A stretch of DNA of 64,000 nt from Octopus vulgaris. Lineage: Eukaryota. Under the pieces are notes generated by a model, which was not told the DNA's origin, did not search any database, and was given only the letters and a program-made list of their open reading frames with translations. A program made the translations under genes and the position numbers. The DNA is taken from positions 40,858,001 through 40,922,000 of the forward strand of contig OX597825.1 of the NCBI GenBank assembly GCA_951406725.2, given 5' to 3'. Each line of letters starts with the position of its first letter. The first letter of the stretch is position 1. Shown here in pieces: positions 15,351-27,736 of the stretch.

Positions 15351-15584
15351 AATGATAGTAATAATAGAATTAACAGGTCATTACCTTGCAACGTGGATGA
15401 CGAACATTTGGTTAAGGAGGATTTCAAGGGATTAGTTATACTGAAACCATAGATAGAAGGATGAAACTCATTTCAAATTAATCCTGGTTTTATAATTTGA
15501 AGCCGATTTCATCCTATCCCCGAGCAGTTTGAACGTGATTTCAAGGTTAGCTGAATGGGGCTAATTTAAAATTGCTACACCGGG

Positions 15585-15680
15585 GCTATCGTAAAAGGCA
15601 GTTAGTCAAGGTGCTGCGCAGTGGGATTAACCCCAAAACCACATGGTTAGGAATCAGGCTTCTTAATCTCACAGCAATGT
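15585..15680 (-). mobile_element. Family B SINE head fragment
   Basis: CAAGGTGCTGCGCAGTGGGA…ACCACATGGTT, matching the other copies. Confidence 0.65.
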
Positions 15681-16377
15681 ATATACATGTATGTATAAAG
15701 ACATCACTCAAAAATAGTTGAAAACAAAAGCCTGACTGATGGTATGCATGCAGAACAGGAAAACCACCTCCTGGACACAGAAATAGCACCTGGCTAATCA
15801 CTGATATGTGTGTGTGTTTATGTATGTATGAATGTATGTATATTGTTGTAGTTGTAGGTATAGACGTAGATAAATAAATATGTATGAGCGTTTATGCTAT
15901 AACGCATTCATATATTTATACGTATGTGTGTATGCATGTGTGAGTGTGTGAGAGTGTGTGTATGTAGTGTGTATGTGTCACGGAATAATTTGTTCTGTTA
16001 TTGATTTATCGACACTGAGTAGCTGTGTTATTGATTTATCTACACTTCATGGGGTTTTATTGATTAATCGCTTAATAGCTAGATTTGCTATTAATTTATT
16101 ACTGAGCTAGTAGTTGTCTCATTTATTAATCATTTAAAGTGTCTTATTAATTTATTAGGTCATAGTTATTGAGTTCAACTTTATTTCTAATGTTTATTGG
16201 AGTCTTTTTCTTTAACCCCAGGTCAGTTTTGATTTTGATGACTTATTTCAAATGTTATGAAGTCTCAGTCAAATGCTGTGTTCTACTGCATTATCATGTG
16301 TGTCTTTCCAGTTTATATGCAGAAAATTATGATTTAAGAAGAATCTGGTCATATTGCTTCGTTTTTTTCTCATAGAC

Positions 16378-18228
16378 TGTGTGTTGCTTTTAGCGTTGGT
16401 ATCATGGATGTTTAACTTCACATCAGCGTTGATATATTTTCGTCGTGGTATTCACATCTGTGTAGGGACATGTTGGACCGCATAATTTATTCGACTTTTC
16501 TCTCATTTAATCGAGACTGACTTTCAGTTGTTATTTCTAGCTGATAAAAAATTCATATAGTGGCTCAGTGGACGGTTCCATAAAAATAGATACTGGATGA
16601 TCGGGTACCTGTATTGAAATTTAGAACCTTTTCTGTTTTTTCTTTTGTTTTTTTTTCCAACACCTCTCCCTATCTTTTTTTCTTCTTTTGAGAAAATTTA
16701 ATCTTTTTCGTTTTAGCAATATTTCTAAGTGTACAGTCTTTCTTTTTTTTCTACTTGTGCTTCTACGAGGCTTTTGGTGCTGGCACCTAAAACATGTCAT
16801 AGGAGGCTTCCATTGCTATTTCCTTCCGTTTTTCAGTATGTTTCGTCTTTAATTGGTTTTGGCATTTCTTATATTTCCAACGTTGTCCTTTTAATAACAT
16901 ACATCATATTTCCTAAGCTTTTAGTTACAAAAGCATCCTCCCAGCCTTCTTTACCATCTCCAACTTCGAAATGTTTTGTTGCCTCTTCTGTATTTCGTTT
17001 AAATATAGTTTTTTCCAGGCAATAATTTATCGAGAAACGATTTTATTTTTCGCGCGAACATTAACTCTGCTGGAGACTTTCCAGAACTGGTATTCGGATT
17101 GGGCGTTACTCTATATACCCTTAAGAAACTCGTTAGCACTTCGTCATTTCCTGCGTCATTCTTTGCTTTCTTTTAACGCTCGCTTGAAAGTATCAACGAA
17201 TCTTTCTAATTGCCCGTTTGACCTCGAGTGGTAAAGCGGGGTAAAAATATACTTTATCGCATGTATTTTGCAGAAATCTTTGAATTCATTACTGGTAAAT
17301 CATGTTCCATTATCTGATACGAACGTGTCTAGAACTTTCACACATTCTGTTGACTGTTCCTGCATACGTAATAAAGTTATCATCCTCTTTTTACTTAAAT
17401 TTCAACTCTCCATTCGAGTGTTAAATAGACATATTTTTATCAACGAACATGTTAGAAATTTGATTGTTTCCTGAAACCAAATTTTACTAGACAATTTGAG
17501 CAATATGAAATTACAGTATTGTTCATGGTTAGACGGAGTTACTTTACGTAAAAATAGCCTTACTTTTTTCTCCTTCCGACCATGTTTAGCAATCTTCCTT
17601 AAAAATCTCCAAGTACCATCTGTAGTACACCGCAAAAGTTATACTCCTCTTTAGGTTAAAACCAAATTCATTTAAGGAGTTCGATACGTTATCTGGCGAA
17701 AACGAACTTACCTAATTTTCGGACTTCTTTGTGTTTGCTCCAATAATTATTATTGTAGTTGTTGCTGTACTAGTTGCTTCTGCAACTCCAGATACTATTC
17801 TTGATGTTGCTTTGGCAGCACCTGTATTATAGAAGATGATAGGTCTTCCATCATTTAACAAGTTGTATTACGAACAAATTGTTAGACGACCGGCGTACGT
17901 TTCGAAACCCTAGTCAACAGATGTTGTATACATCGTCTCCATATGTGTTATCGCCATGATATTGCGCTGGATGTTTTAGGTACACTGTACCAGTGTAGTA
18001 ACAGTAAACAAGATAACGATTCAGCCGTAATAGCAACGTAAAGATCCAATAATCTCTGCATGAACCACCAATCAGTATTCCAAACAAACAAACTAACCAA
18101 CCGACACCTTCCGACTTCACCTACGAACTCAACTCGAACTAACACACAAACTTCACTCCGACCACTACTATTTATAATCGCTTGGTCTAGTCTATTTCTC
18201 GCAAGGGGGCGTGGTGGCTCTCATCACA
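16378..18228 (-). mobile_element. Internally deleted Ty3/Gypsy LTR retrotransposon (gag and integrase remnants)
   Basis: Gag-like FSPDNVSNSL…KKVRLFLRK…HEQYCNFIL…FQETIK…LFNTR. Integrase VSDNGT*FTSNEFKDFC…TPLYHSRSNGQLERFVDTFKRAL. PBS-like TGGAGACGA at about 17933-17941. PPT AGGGAGAGG followed by TG at 16662. Confidence 0.85.
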
Positions 18229-19069
18229 ATTTTAAAATTTCATAAACGGTAAGCTAAATTGAAAACGTCTTAAATTTATTTGAGAAACAGACGGAAATGT
18301 TGAAAGGAGTTCTCATTTTCCTTTAATGTCTTATAATTAAGGAAAATCGGCCGCTCTTTTACTGCTCCATATTATCCTTGGACATCATTGATATATATAT
18401 ATATATATATAATCTCTTTTAAGTTTCAGAACATGATACTTATTTTTATCATTTGCAGAATTCTGCTTGAAACATCAGTATCCTTTGCAATTGTTCCTAG
18501 TAATTTCACACATATTTGCGCATTTGTCTTTTTCTGGAAATTCTTTGATATACGCTATAAAGAATTCTGTACTATTTTCATGCAGTAATCTTCTCCAGTT
18601 TCGTAGTTTTGATTCGCATTGTCTCAATATTTACTGTCAAGAAAATTTCCAGTGCTTTCTTCCAGATGTTGTTCTCGCGTTTTCTTTCACCCAACATAAG
18701 CTGATGACTTACAATAATAGTATCATGTTTAATTTCATCTTGGCTTCTGAACGTTCTGAAAGTGAAAGCTGGTGTAAGTCCATTGAAATATTGAAGAATT
18801 GGTTGTCACTGTCGAGATAAATCATAAAATGTAGAAGTACTAATGAGATTAGAGCGCTGTCCACAGTAAAAGGAAAAGATTTTAGAGACTTCAATGACTG
18901 GGAATATTCTAAAGATGTGCTTCCATTCAATACAAATATTAACATCATCCAAGAGGTAATTCATTTGTCTAATATAAAATTTTGAAATAGATGCATATAT
19001 ACATACGTACATACATATACACACATACATATAGATACATACATACACCTACATGCATACATACATAAG

Positions 19070-19100
<31 letters not shown>

Positions 19101-19547
19101 GTATGTGGGGTGTATGTGTGTGTGTGTATTTGTGTATATCAAAATTGTAATCACTAAAGCTGAAAGAGGGTAGTGATGCCTCACTGATGCGTATATGTAT
19201 GTCTGGCATTCAATGTGTAATGTCTGAGTATAAGTAATTTGTATATATTGTGTTTTCACAACTTGTATTCATTTCTGTACCTTTCATAAGCATGTTATGT
19301 ATCACTGCATTTATTATATAAGTTTCTGTTTAATTTAGCATTTTCGTACGAGCTTAACTGTGCGATTGCCAAGTGTTACAAGTGCAAACTGATTGCAATG
19401 GTGCAGGTGCAACTCTGTGGCAAGAAGTGTACTTCCGAGCCACATGGTTTCGAGTTCAGTCCTATTGCGTGGCATACATGCATATGTATATATATATATA
19501 AAATAATTTTTTGCGTATTAAGATTAAAAAAAACAAGGCTTTACTCT

Positions 19548-19948
19548 TTACTCTTACTCTTACTTGTTTCAGTCATTTGACTACGGCCATGCTGGAGCAC
19601 CGCCTTTAATCGAGCAACTCGACCCCGGGACTTATTCTTTTGTAAGCCCAGTACTTATTCTATCGGTCTCTTTTGCCGAACCGCTAAGTAACGGGGACAT
19701 AAACACACCAGCATCGGTTGTCAAGCAATGCTAGGGGGACAAACACAGACACACAAACACACAGACGCATGTATATACATATATACGACAAGCTTCTTTC
19801 AGTTTCCGTCTACCAAATCCACTCGCAAGGCTTTGGTCGGCCCGAGGCTATAGCAGAAGACACTTGCCCAAGGTGCCACGCAGTGGGACTGAACCCGGAA
19901 CCATGTGGTTGGTAAACAACCTACTTACCACACAACCACTCCTGCGTC
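19548..19948 (-). mobile_element. Full-length family B tRNA-derived SINE
   Basis: tRNA-like head (GGGTTCAGTCCC B-box-like), CACCTTGGGCAAGT CORE-like domain, tail CAGCATGGCCG…GAAACAAGTAAGAGTAAGAG. Confidence 0.9.
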
Positions 19949-19949
19949 T

Positions 19950-20178
19950 ATAGATATTAGAGTTGTATAGATATTAGAGCATTTATAGATAGAAGGTCTT
20001 ATAGCTGTTTCTAGGATATTGATTACTAATATCCCTTCATCGGAGACGGTGCGAGAGGAAAAATTAAGTCATAGTTTCGATGTGATACGAAATAGAGAGT
20101 GAGGTGCAGGAAAGAAAATAGATGTAAGATATGTATGAGTATTGAATTTGTAAATCCGTTTTATAGGCATAATGGTAT
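19950..20178 (-). mobile_element. Small non-coding hammerhead-bearing repeat, copy 1
   Basis: Clear homology over about 220 bp with 45104-45328. Confidence 0.8.
19996..20047 (-). ncRNA. Minimal type-I hammerhead ribozyme (variant core)
   Basis: Minus strand: GTCT-CCGATGA-AG-GGATATT-agtaatc-AATATCC-TA-GAAA-CAGCTA-TA-AGAC. Confidence 0.7.
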
Positions 20179-20211
<33 letters not shown>

Positions 20212-20213
<2 letters not shown>

Positions 20214-20289
20214 GCTTTGGAGAGTTTTAATTCTTCTTTCTAGCAAACAGGTGCATATTGTAACCTGACTTTTATTATAAGTATGTATC

Positions 20290-20333
<44 letters not shown>

Positions 20334-20411
20334 GATACATACTTATAATAAAAGTCAGGTTACAATATGCACCTGTTTGCTAGAAAGAAGAATTAAAACT
20401 CTCCAAAGCTA
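20212..20411. repeat. Perfect palindrome of about 200 bp centred on (AT)n
   Basis: Arms are exact reverse complements by manual comparison. Confidence 0.9.
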
Positions 20412-20730
20412 CGTATCTTTCGCTTTATTTAAACACGCACGGAGAATGTAGCAAATATACTAAAAAGAAAAAACGATCATCCCCATTGGTAAAACTACAA
20501 CGAGGAGAGTAGATATGCCAATATCAATTGGTTTCGCTTTCTGTGCCAAATAACATTTAAAGCTGGGATATCTATTCCCCCCTTTGCAGTTTTACAAATG
20601 GGGACGACTGTTTTTTTTTGTTTTTTTAGCACATTTGCTACATTCTGTGTGCGTATTCACATAAAGCGAGAGATGCATAGCTTTCAAGAGTTTTAACTCT
20701 TCTTTATAGCAAGCAGGTGAATAATGAACC
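20358..20730. mobile_element. Foldback MITE-like element
   Basis: 20358-20520 is the diverged reverse complement of about 20563-20730. Confidence 0.75.
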
Positions 20731-20879
20731 CTTCCTTTTAACATATATTCTGCCACTTTGGTTATGTTTGCAGGCCACTTTATCGTTATTTCTAATAAAG
20801 ATAATGATAACGTATTTGAATTTTGTATGTATGTATATATATATATATATATATATATACATGCATTTATGTGTGTGTG

Positions 20880-21132
20880 TGTGGGTGAGTGTGTCTTTGT
20901 GTCTGCGTTTGTCCCTTACTAACGTTTGACAACCGTTGTTAGTGTGTTTACGTCCCCACAACTTACCAGTTCGGCAAAAGCTACTAGATGCTACGGCAAA
21001 AGATAATAGAATAGGTCCCTGATTTTAAAAATAAGTACTGCGGTCGATCCAATCGATAAAAAATTCTTCAAAGAGGTACCCCAGCATGGCCGCAATTAAA
21101 TTACTGAAGCAAGTACAAGATAAAAGATAAAA
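20880..21132 (+). mobile_element. Family B SINE, 3' half
   Basis: TTGACAACCG…GTTTACGTCCCC…CCCCAGCATGGCCGCA…AGATAAAAGATAAAAG. Confidence 0.8.
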
Positions 21133-21662
21133 GTCGTGTTATATCAGTAATTCATTCGTTGTTTATATATGTGCATATAAGCATATGTTTGTGCATGCAT
21201 AGAAATTTATGAAAGTTGTGTATGGATATGTATCTCGTATGCATATATATATATATATATACTAGTTTATGTGCGTGTGTCTGTGGAAGAAAAAGTGTGA
21301 GTTTGTGTGTATATGCGTGTGTAAGTGTGTGTACGCACACGTTATCTCAAATGAGAGGACGGAATAAATATTAAGATAATTAATAGCGGTTATGATAAAT
21401 GTAAATTGCACATTAGCTCTATTGGACATGGACGTTATGAGATCTAGTCATTAATTACTGAATAACTTGAGAAAATAAGAGTTGTAATAACATGTTAGGT
21501 AAAAGAGATAAAACATATATGATGCGGTAAAGTAAAGGTAGTTGTTTATTATTAGTTTAAGTTTCCAGTTTGAACAGCATCGACAGCTACTTATATCTAA
21601 CAATTACTTCATTTTAGAGAAAACTACACTACATCTATTTACATCTCTTAATTTTAATGGCA

Positions 21663-21802
21663 TCATGCAGTTGTTTCAAGAGAAATAATATTTCGTGATA
21701 TAAGTGCTTTATTAAATATTTTGTTTGTTCTCATCCTTTACAAGTTAACGTTTGCTTGATAACAACACGATACATATGCTTAAAATCTAATACATATATT
21801 TA
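21663..21802. repeat. Direct repeat of about 140 bp (partner at 24379-24519)
   Basis: ATCATGCAGTTGTTTCAAGAGAAAT…AATCTAATACATATATTT occurs twice with few mismatches. Confidence 0.9.
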
Positions 21803-22839
21803 CCGATTAATCTAATTTTCTTCCTTGTCCCATGGAACAATATCCAGCCTAATGTGTTTAATCTGGCCTGTTGATTTTAATTGGAGTGCCCCAACAGTAT
21901 TCTATATTTTAAACAGTGAGGATATAATCTAGTTCTGGTTTGCCTTTAGTATGGCTATCAGGATTAGTCTTCCTCCAGACAGCCTTGTAGTCCGTTCTAA
22001 TGATATTTTCCTGTGCATATCGTTGAACTGCTACTGATGAGAATGACGATGTCTTCCAATCAGCATCATCAGTCGCAACGCATAGATATTAGTGTCTATG
22101 TCCTCTTCCTGGCTGGTAAAGTCGCAGCTCTCTAGATGATATGCGATGCATTTATCAAAGGTCATGGAGAGGCTACTGTTGCCATCGATGTTGTTGATAT
22201 TCTCTATCTTGCAGGAGATGTACTCCTGCATCACTCCTTGCTAGTGTGTTAATTATTTCAAGTTTTCGTTAAAGTTAGTCCAACTTACCGTGGTTTACGC
22301 TGGACAGTTGTATATTCAGACAACATATTCAGTTCTGCATCTAATATCATGATGTTATTATTTTCACTGTTGGGTACATATGTTATCTATTAGTCTGTTT
22401 GATATTTTGCTGGTGTTGTCTTATGTTTAAGCATATGAGGGCTTGATGGAGGCACGTTCAAAACGTTAACCACCACATGTAAGAACTTATGAAAAATATC
22501 TTGAATAAAACAATTATTGTCATACTCCTAATTTTGTTAAGGAGAGGAGTATCTCTTCCGTTAAATAGGTGAGTTATTGTTTGACGGCAAGAGTTGTTTT
22601 TGGAGAAATTGAAGTACACAGGGGATTTTTTGTTGGAGTAAGGGAAACTGAGACAGCCTCATAATAAGAATAAGGAAAGCGAAAGATACGCATAATGAGG
22701 GAAACGAAGTAAAAGAATTACCGGAGGATGGGAGGAGGAAAGGGAGAAAAGAAAATTTCATAAGAGTTAGCAAAAACTTTATTCCTAATTTTTTAAATGT
22801 CGGCAGTAAATATTGCTTTAAAATTTTGGCAATAGTGCT

Positions 22840-22960
22840 TAACTGGTACTTATTTTGTGGATGAAAGCTAAGTCGACCTTGGCAGCATTTGAACTCAGAA
22901 CGTAGAGACGGACAGAATGCCGCTAAGCATTTTGTCCCGCACGTTAACGATTCTTGCCAC
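22840..22960 (-). mobile_element. Family C SINE, partial
   Basis: TTTGAACTCAGAACGTA…ATGCCGCTAAGCATTTTG. Confidence 0.75.
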
Positions 22961-23159
22961 CTCTCCACCCTAGAAGCGGTAAATATTATAGTTTTCTTTT
23001 TTAATTATCAGCTTAAATAAGGATCATATATATGATCATAAAATTTCTCCTTAAGTTTCACCTTTGTCAAGTACATGAAATGCTTTTATATCACTTCTAG
23101 CTTGTGCGCTATAGATATGATCACCGCTTCAAAAATTATAGCTTCAACTTTATAGGAAA

Positions 23160-23937
23160 CTAGCAGTATAGCCCGGCGTTGCCCGGGTATGTAAGAAACT
23201 TTGTTGATATGCAATGCCCTTTACCTTTTTACCCTTTTTTGTACTCATTGAACCGTTATTTTGTAAAATGAAGCCTAAAAGGCATTAAGGCATTCAAAGC
23301 ACCGTTCCCTTGCATGCATGAAGAAGTAGGGAAAAATCTATGTGAACTTTCAAAAAATCGGTTTGCTATGTGTGCCACATATGATGTAATTAACCGATTT
23401 TTTCCAGTAATAACGTATCATATTGGAATCAAAAGGGCCATATAGCTCCTTGGAGCAGACATGATGCTCGCTGTGAATTTCAAAAAAAATTCCTGCCAAT
23501 TTGTTAAAGATATTGTCGAAAATAAGTCATCTTGAATTTGAACGCGATTTCCCAAAATGGCATGATTTTATCGATTTTGTCTGATGGTAAGGTATTGCAT
23601 GGAAGACTAACGTCAGAATTAAGTTCCTTAGGGTAACATTAAGCTTCACCATGAGTTTGGTGAAAATTGATGGCTTGTTGCGAAAACTGCAACGGAAAAT
23701 GTGTTGCATATGATAAGCTTAGATTCTAGACCCAATGTCGAATTTATCGATTATTTTCAGAACTGGGGTAACTTTTCAAAATTTACGCTGCATTAGTTTT
23801 TAATTATGACATTGGGCTATGTGTGTGTCAAGTTTCATCAGAATCGGTTGAAAGCCGTGGTCAGGGTGAGGGTACAACCTGACAGACACACAGACACACA
23901 GACAGACAACTTGCCTTTTATATATATAGAGAAGAGA
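23160..23937 (-). mobile_element. Non-autonomous Helitron
   Basis: Minus strand begins TC(TC)…TATATATA and ends with hairpin CCCGGGCAACGCCGGG followed by CTAG|T. Confidence 0.8.
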
Positions 23938-24378
23938 TGTCTAGTGATAAAGTATTTGTGTTCTTGTATGAGCGTGTGCCGTCGGTTTCGTTGGTAATAG
24001 TGTGCGTTAACATATTTCTAATTTGTCTGATGCAAATTTAGCTTATTTTTAGGTTGTATCTGTTTAAAGCTTTTCTTTGCATTTTTGCTGAAGTGGGGAT
24101 CGTTTGTCCATTAGATTTAGAACATCTATCCTTGATTTAGGATTTACATCGAGTGGAAAGAGTTCGGCGCCTCTTTTTTCTTTTGAACTAGCCAGGATGT
24201 GGGTAATATCATTCTTGAATCGACTAGCTAATAAGACTTAATTATTTGAAAAAGCTTCCATTTTTTAATAGTTCTGTTCGGGAAGACAAGCATAATATCG
24301 TTGTAATGCTGGTGAAACTTATAATATGAATGAGTTAAATTTTTTTCTAAATGGTCTACGTTCAAGTTTTTGAATTGT

Positions 24379-24519
24379 ATCATGCAGTTGTTTCAAGAGA
24401 AATCATATTTCGTGATATAATTGCTTTATTAAATATTTTGGCTGTTCTCATCCTTTACAAGTTAAAGTTTGCTTGAAAACAACACGACACGTATGCTTAA
24501 AATCTAATACATATATTTT
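24379..24519. repeat. Direct repeat of about 140 bp (partner at 21663-21802)
   Basis: See partner. Confidence 0.9.
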
Positions 24520-24984
24520 TACAGTTTTAAAATCAAATACAAGATCTATGTAACCACCCTTAGTTAGGTTAGTGTCTAGAGTTATTTAATACCGAAAAAG
24601 TATCAGCGAAAGAATTTCCAGTTTATCAGCGGATAGAGAGATCTGAAAAAGGGTCACAAGGGTCAAAAGCCATTATAACGAGACAGCAGCGAGGAGAGAC
24701 TTTACTGATAAATTAGTGTATATGAATGCTCTCTAATCTTCTTCCTCACTTACAAACTCGAAGAAACTTAGGAAGAGAAAAGAAATTCAGCGAAGTGCTC
24801 CATTCATTCAAGATGTATTCATTCATACAGATAGAAGCTTTGTGGCCGTAATTAAACAGTATTTTAGAAACACTTGTGCATCATGAAATTTTTAATAACC
24901 ATAATATTACGATCAGCTACACATACCTGGAAGATATCGACTTCCAAAACTGCTCAGAGCAACAGAAACAAACATGCACCAACC

Positions 24985-25130
24985 CATGGCCTGGTGGTCA
25001 GGGTATTGCCAGATCATGGTTTCCATTCCTAGACCGGTTGTGCATTGTTTTCTTAGGGAAAACACTTTATTTAACGTTATTTCAGTCCACTGATCTGTAA
25101 ATGGGTGACGCTGTGAGGGATTAGCGTACA
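24985..25130 (+). mobile_element. Degenerate SINE related to family A
   Basis: CATGGCCTGGTGG…ACACTTTATTTAACGTT…CTGTAAATGGGT. Confidence 0.55.
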
Positions 25131-25435
25131 GGTGTGAGAGGTCGACTCAGGAAAATCACCCACACAGAGAACTCGTAGGCCGCGTTTGCATTCAGCAATC
25201 GAAAGGATGAATAAGAGCGACCTGTGCTGTGGATCTTCGCTTGTTGGAATTGGTTATTCAATCTCGTTGAAAGATGAGAAACATCCCATACTACAATCTG
25301 TAACAGGAAATCCCTTCAAGTAGCTGATGGAAGGGCAGATTCTCAAAAGCAGTTGTCACACCATCCGATGACATCCTACATATACCCATACACACACATA
25401 AATATATACATATATGTGTGTGTGTGTGTCTACGT

Positions 25436-25478
<43 letters not shown>

Positions 25479-25679
25479 GGGGCGTGCCTATGCACTTCTT
25501 CAGGTGTAGGAACAGGCAAAATCCACGTCCTTTTCTACTAGAATTGGATGCACTGGCAATAAGGGAACGAATTCCCAGCATCAGATAGGGCATTGCTAAG
25601 AGGGCCACTCTGAAATTCCCTATGATTTTGTTATCGCGGTATTTACCTCCAAAAGAAATTTTATATGTTGCAACAGCCT

Positions 25680-25950
25680 ACTATATTTTTTCACGCTAAG
25701 AGTTGCTGAAGCATGGAACAAACTGCCGGCATCAGTTGTTAGTTGTCGGAGCACTGCATCTTTCAAAACTTCCATGCTTCCTGAGATTCGCCTACACTAC
25801 ACCTGATGTTCTCCCCTCTATACACACGCAAGCTTGTATCTGACTCATACACTGTTCACTTCCCAGACATTTGTACATCAATGCATATGCTTTATATGCT
25901 CTTTTGACAAGTTGTGGTGCACCTGATCAATGTATACATAATTTCATTAC
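25680..25950 (+). mobile_element. CR1/L2-type LINE 3' end
   Basis: FFTLRVAEAWNKLPASVVSCRSTASFKTSML…stop, then a 3' UTR and (ATT)n. Confidence 0.85.
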
Positions 25951-26010
<60 letters not shown>

Positions 26011-26012
<2 letters not shown>

Positions 26013-26388
26013 TATGTTTGACTTTTGCTTTATGTCTGTACAATTTGGCTCCAAGTCTCACCCAGAGACCTCAAGAGACAACAGGTTGGAAGTTCTGTGC
26101 CATATATTTGGGGGTGTTTTTTTGGTGTTGTACTAGTGAATGTCTAATACATAAAAATAAAATTTTTTTAAAAAAAAAGTTTGTTTTAAACCTTGGGATT
26201 ACATAGAGAGTATTTTGCGTAGGATATGAGCAGTTCCCATGAGCACTATTTTTTGAATTTCTGCCATTTTGGGGTTTCCTGGTATCTGAGTTAGGTAGCA
26301 ATCAGTCCCTTTCGCTATCATTCCCAGGGCACCTATGACAACAGGTATTGTTTTAGTCTTCAGCTTCCACATTTTGCACATTTTTTAC
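26011..26388 (-). mobile_element. 5'-truncated Dong/R4 LINE 3' fragment
   Basis: MWKLKTKTIPVVIGALG…EIQKIVLMGTAHILRKIL; (ATT)n on both flanks. Confidence 0.9.
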
Positions 26389-26398
26389 ATTATTATTA

Positions 26399-26489
<91 letters not shown>

Positions 26490-27374
26490 TATCCATTAAT
26501 ATAAAAATTGATCTATCATATTGCTGTCAACAACAATAGACCTCATTCATGAAATTCAAACTATCGGCCGCAAATACCCGCGCAAGTCCGCCTTAAGCTT
26601 ACCTCTCATATACACAGTTTCAGGATAAACAATTTTGACATACTCCGAGAGACATTATTTCTTTTCTGTATGCTATGAATGTTATCTAACAATATCTAAC
26701 TACAAAATACACCACACGCATCAACACACGACACTCAAATGTAGCCTGGTACCTCCAGAGCGTTTAGCTTGTACGTGTAAGAGCTTTCATTGCTCCCACA
26801 TGTACCTGATAAATTTATAAGCAGCCTTCTGCTCTCTGCCTAAAATATATTGTTATTACAAAATTAAACTATAATTTCTTTTCTCTGATTTGCAGATGTC
26901 TGAGGCCTACCACGAAGGATATTATGTACCAATGTGCGCATGTGCGTGTGTTTATACATATAAATTAGAGCTGTACTTCTCAGGCAAGTGATGTGAGGTA
27001 AGCCTGTGAGTTGTAACTGAAGTAAATATGTCACATCTTTAGACAGCCATTCTATCCATTTAATAACGCACAAACACAAAACTATTAAATTCACATCTGA
27101 TTTATACGTGTCATAATTTAAATAGTACGCCTTTGACCTTGTCAATGACTCCGTTCCCCCTCAGCTGTTTCACTGTTTGTTAATGGCCAATTCTAATAGA
27201 CGTCATTATTCTTTCCTTTTGTTTTCTTCTTTGTCTTCGACTTTTGATTTTTTCGAGTTGAACTTAAGGGGTTTGTCCTCATGTCATTTGTCATCGAATG
27301 AAGACCGTTTGTCAATTTCAGGTTTCTTTCTTTCTCTCATTGTATAAATCATTGTGATCATTATACAGTTATGT

Positions 27375-27393
27375 CTTCTTCTTCTTCTTCTTC

Positions 27394-27449
<56 letters not shown>

Positions 27450-27480
27450 GTTATTATTATTATTATTATTATTATCATTC

Positions 27481-27548
<68 letters not shown>

Positions 27549-27551
27549 TTA

Positions 27552-27589
<38 letters not shown>

Positions 27590-27590
27590 G
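27375..27590. repeat. (CTT)n/(ATT)n microsatellite
   Basis: Directly visible. Confidence 0.95.
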
Positions 27591-27736
27591 CTTCCGTTTT
27601 TTCGTTTTTCTTATTTCCCTTCTTGTTAATTTTGTAATTATTAATTTATTTACTACACTAGAACATTTGATATGTTAGTCGGTTCTTTTGCTGTCGCTCG
27701 ACACTAAGAAAGTCGGTTTCTACCATATAGATTAGA

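Noticed and set aside
21850-22234. Possible LINE RT remnant (GVMQ…DD)
   Set aside because: Motifs are too degraded to call
24558-24575. TTAGG telomere-like repeats
   Set aside because: Only 2-3 imperfect units
27284-27678. Poly-Ile/Tyr/Leu ORFs, and the many [12 protein letters not shown] ORFs elsewhere
   Set aside because: Translations of microsatellites
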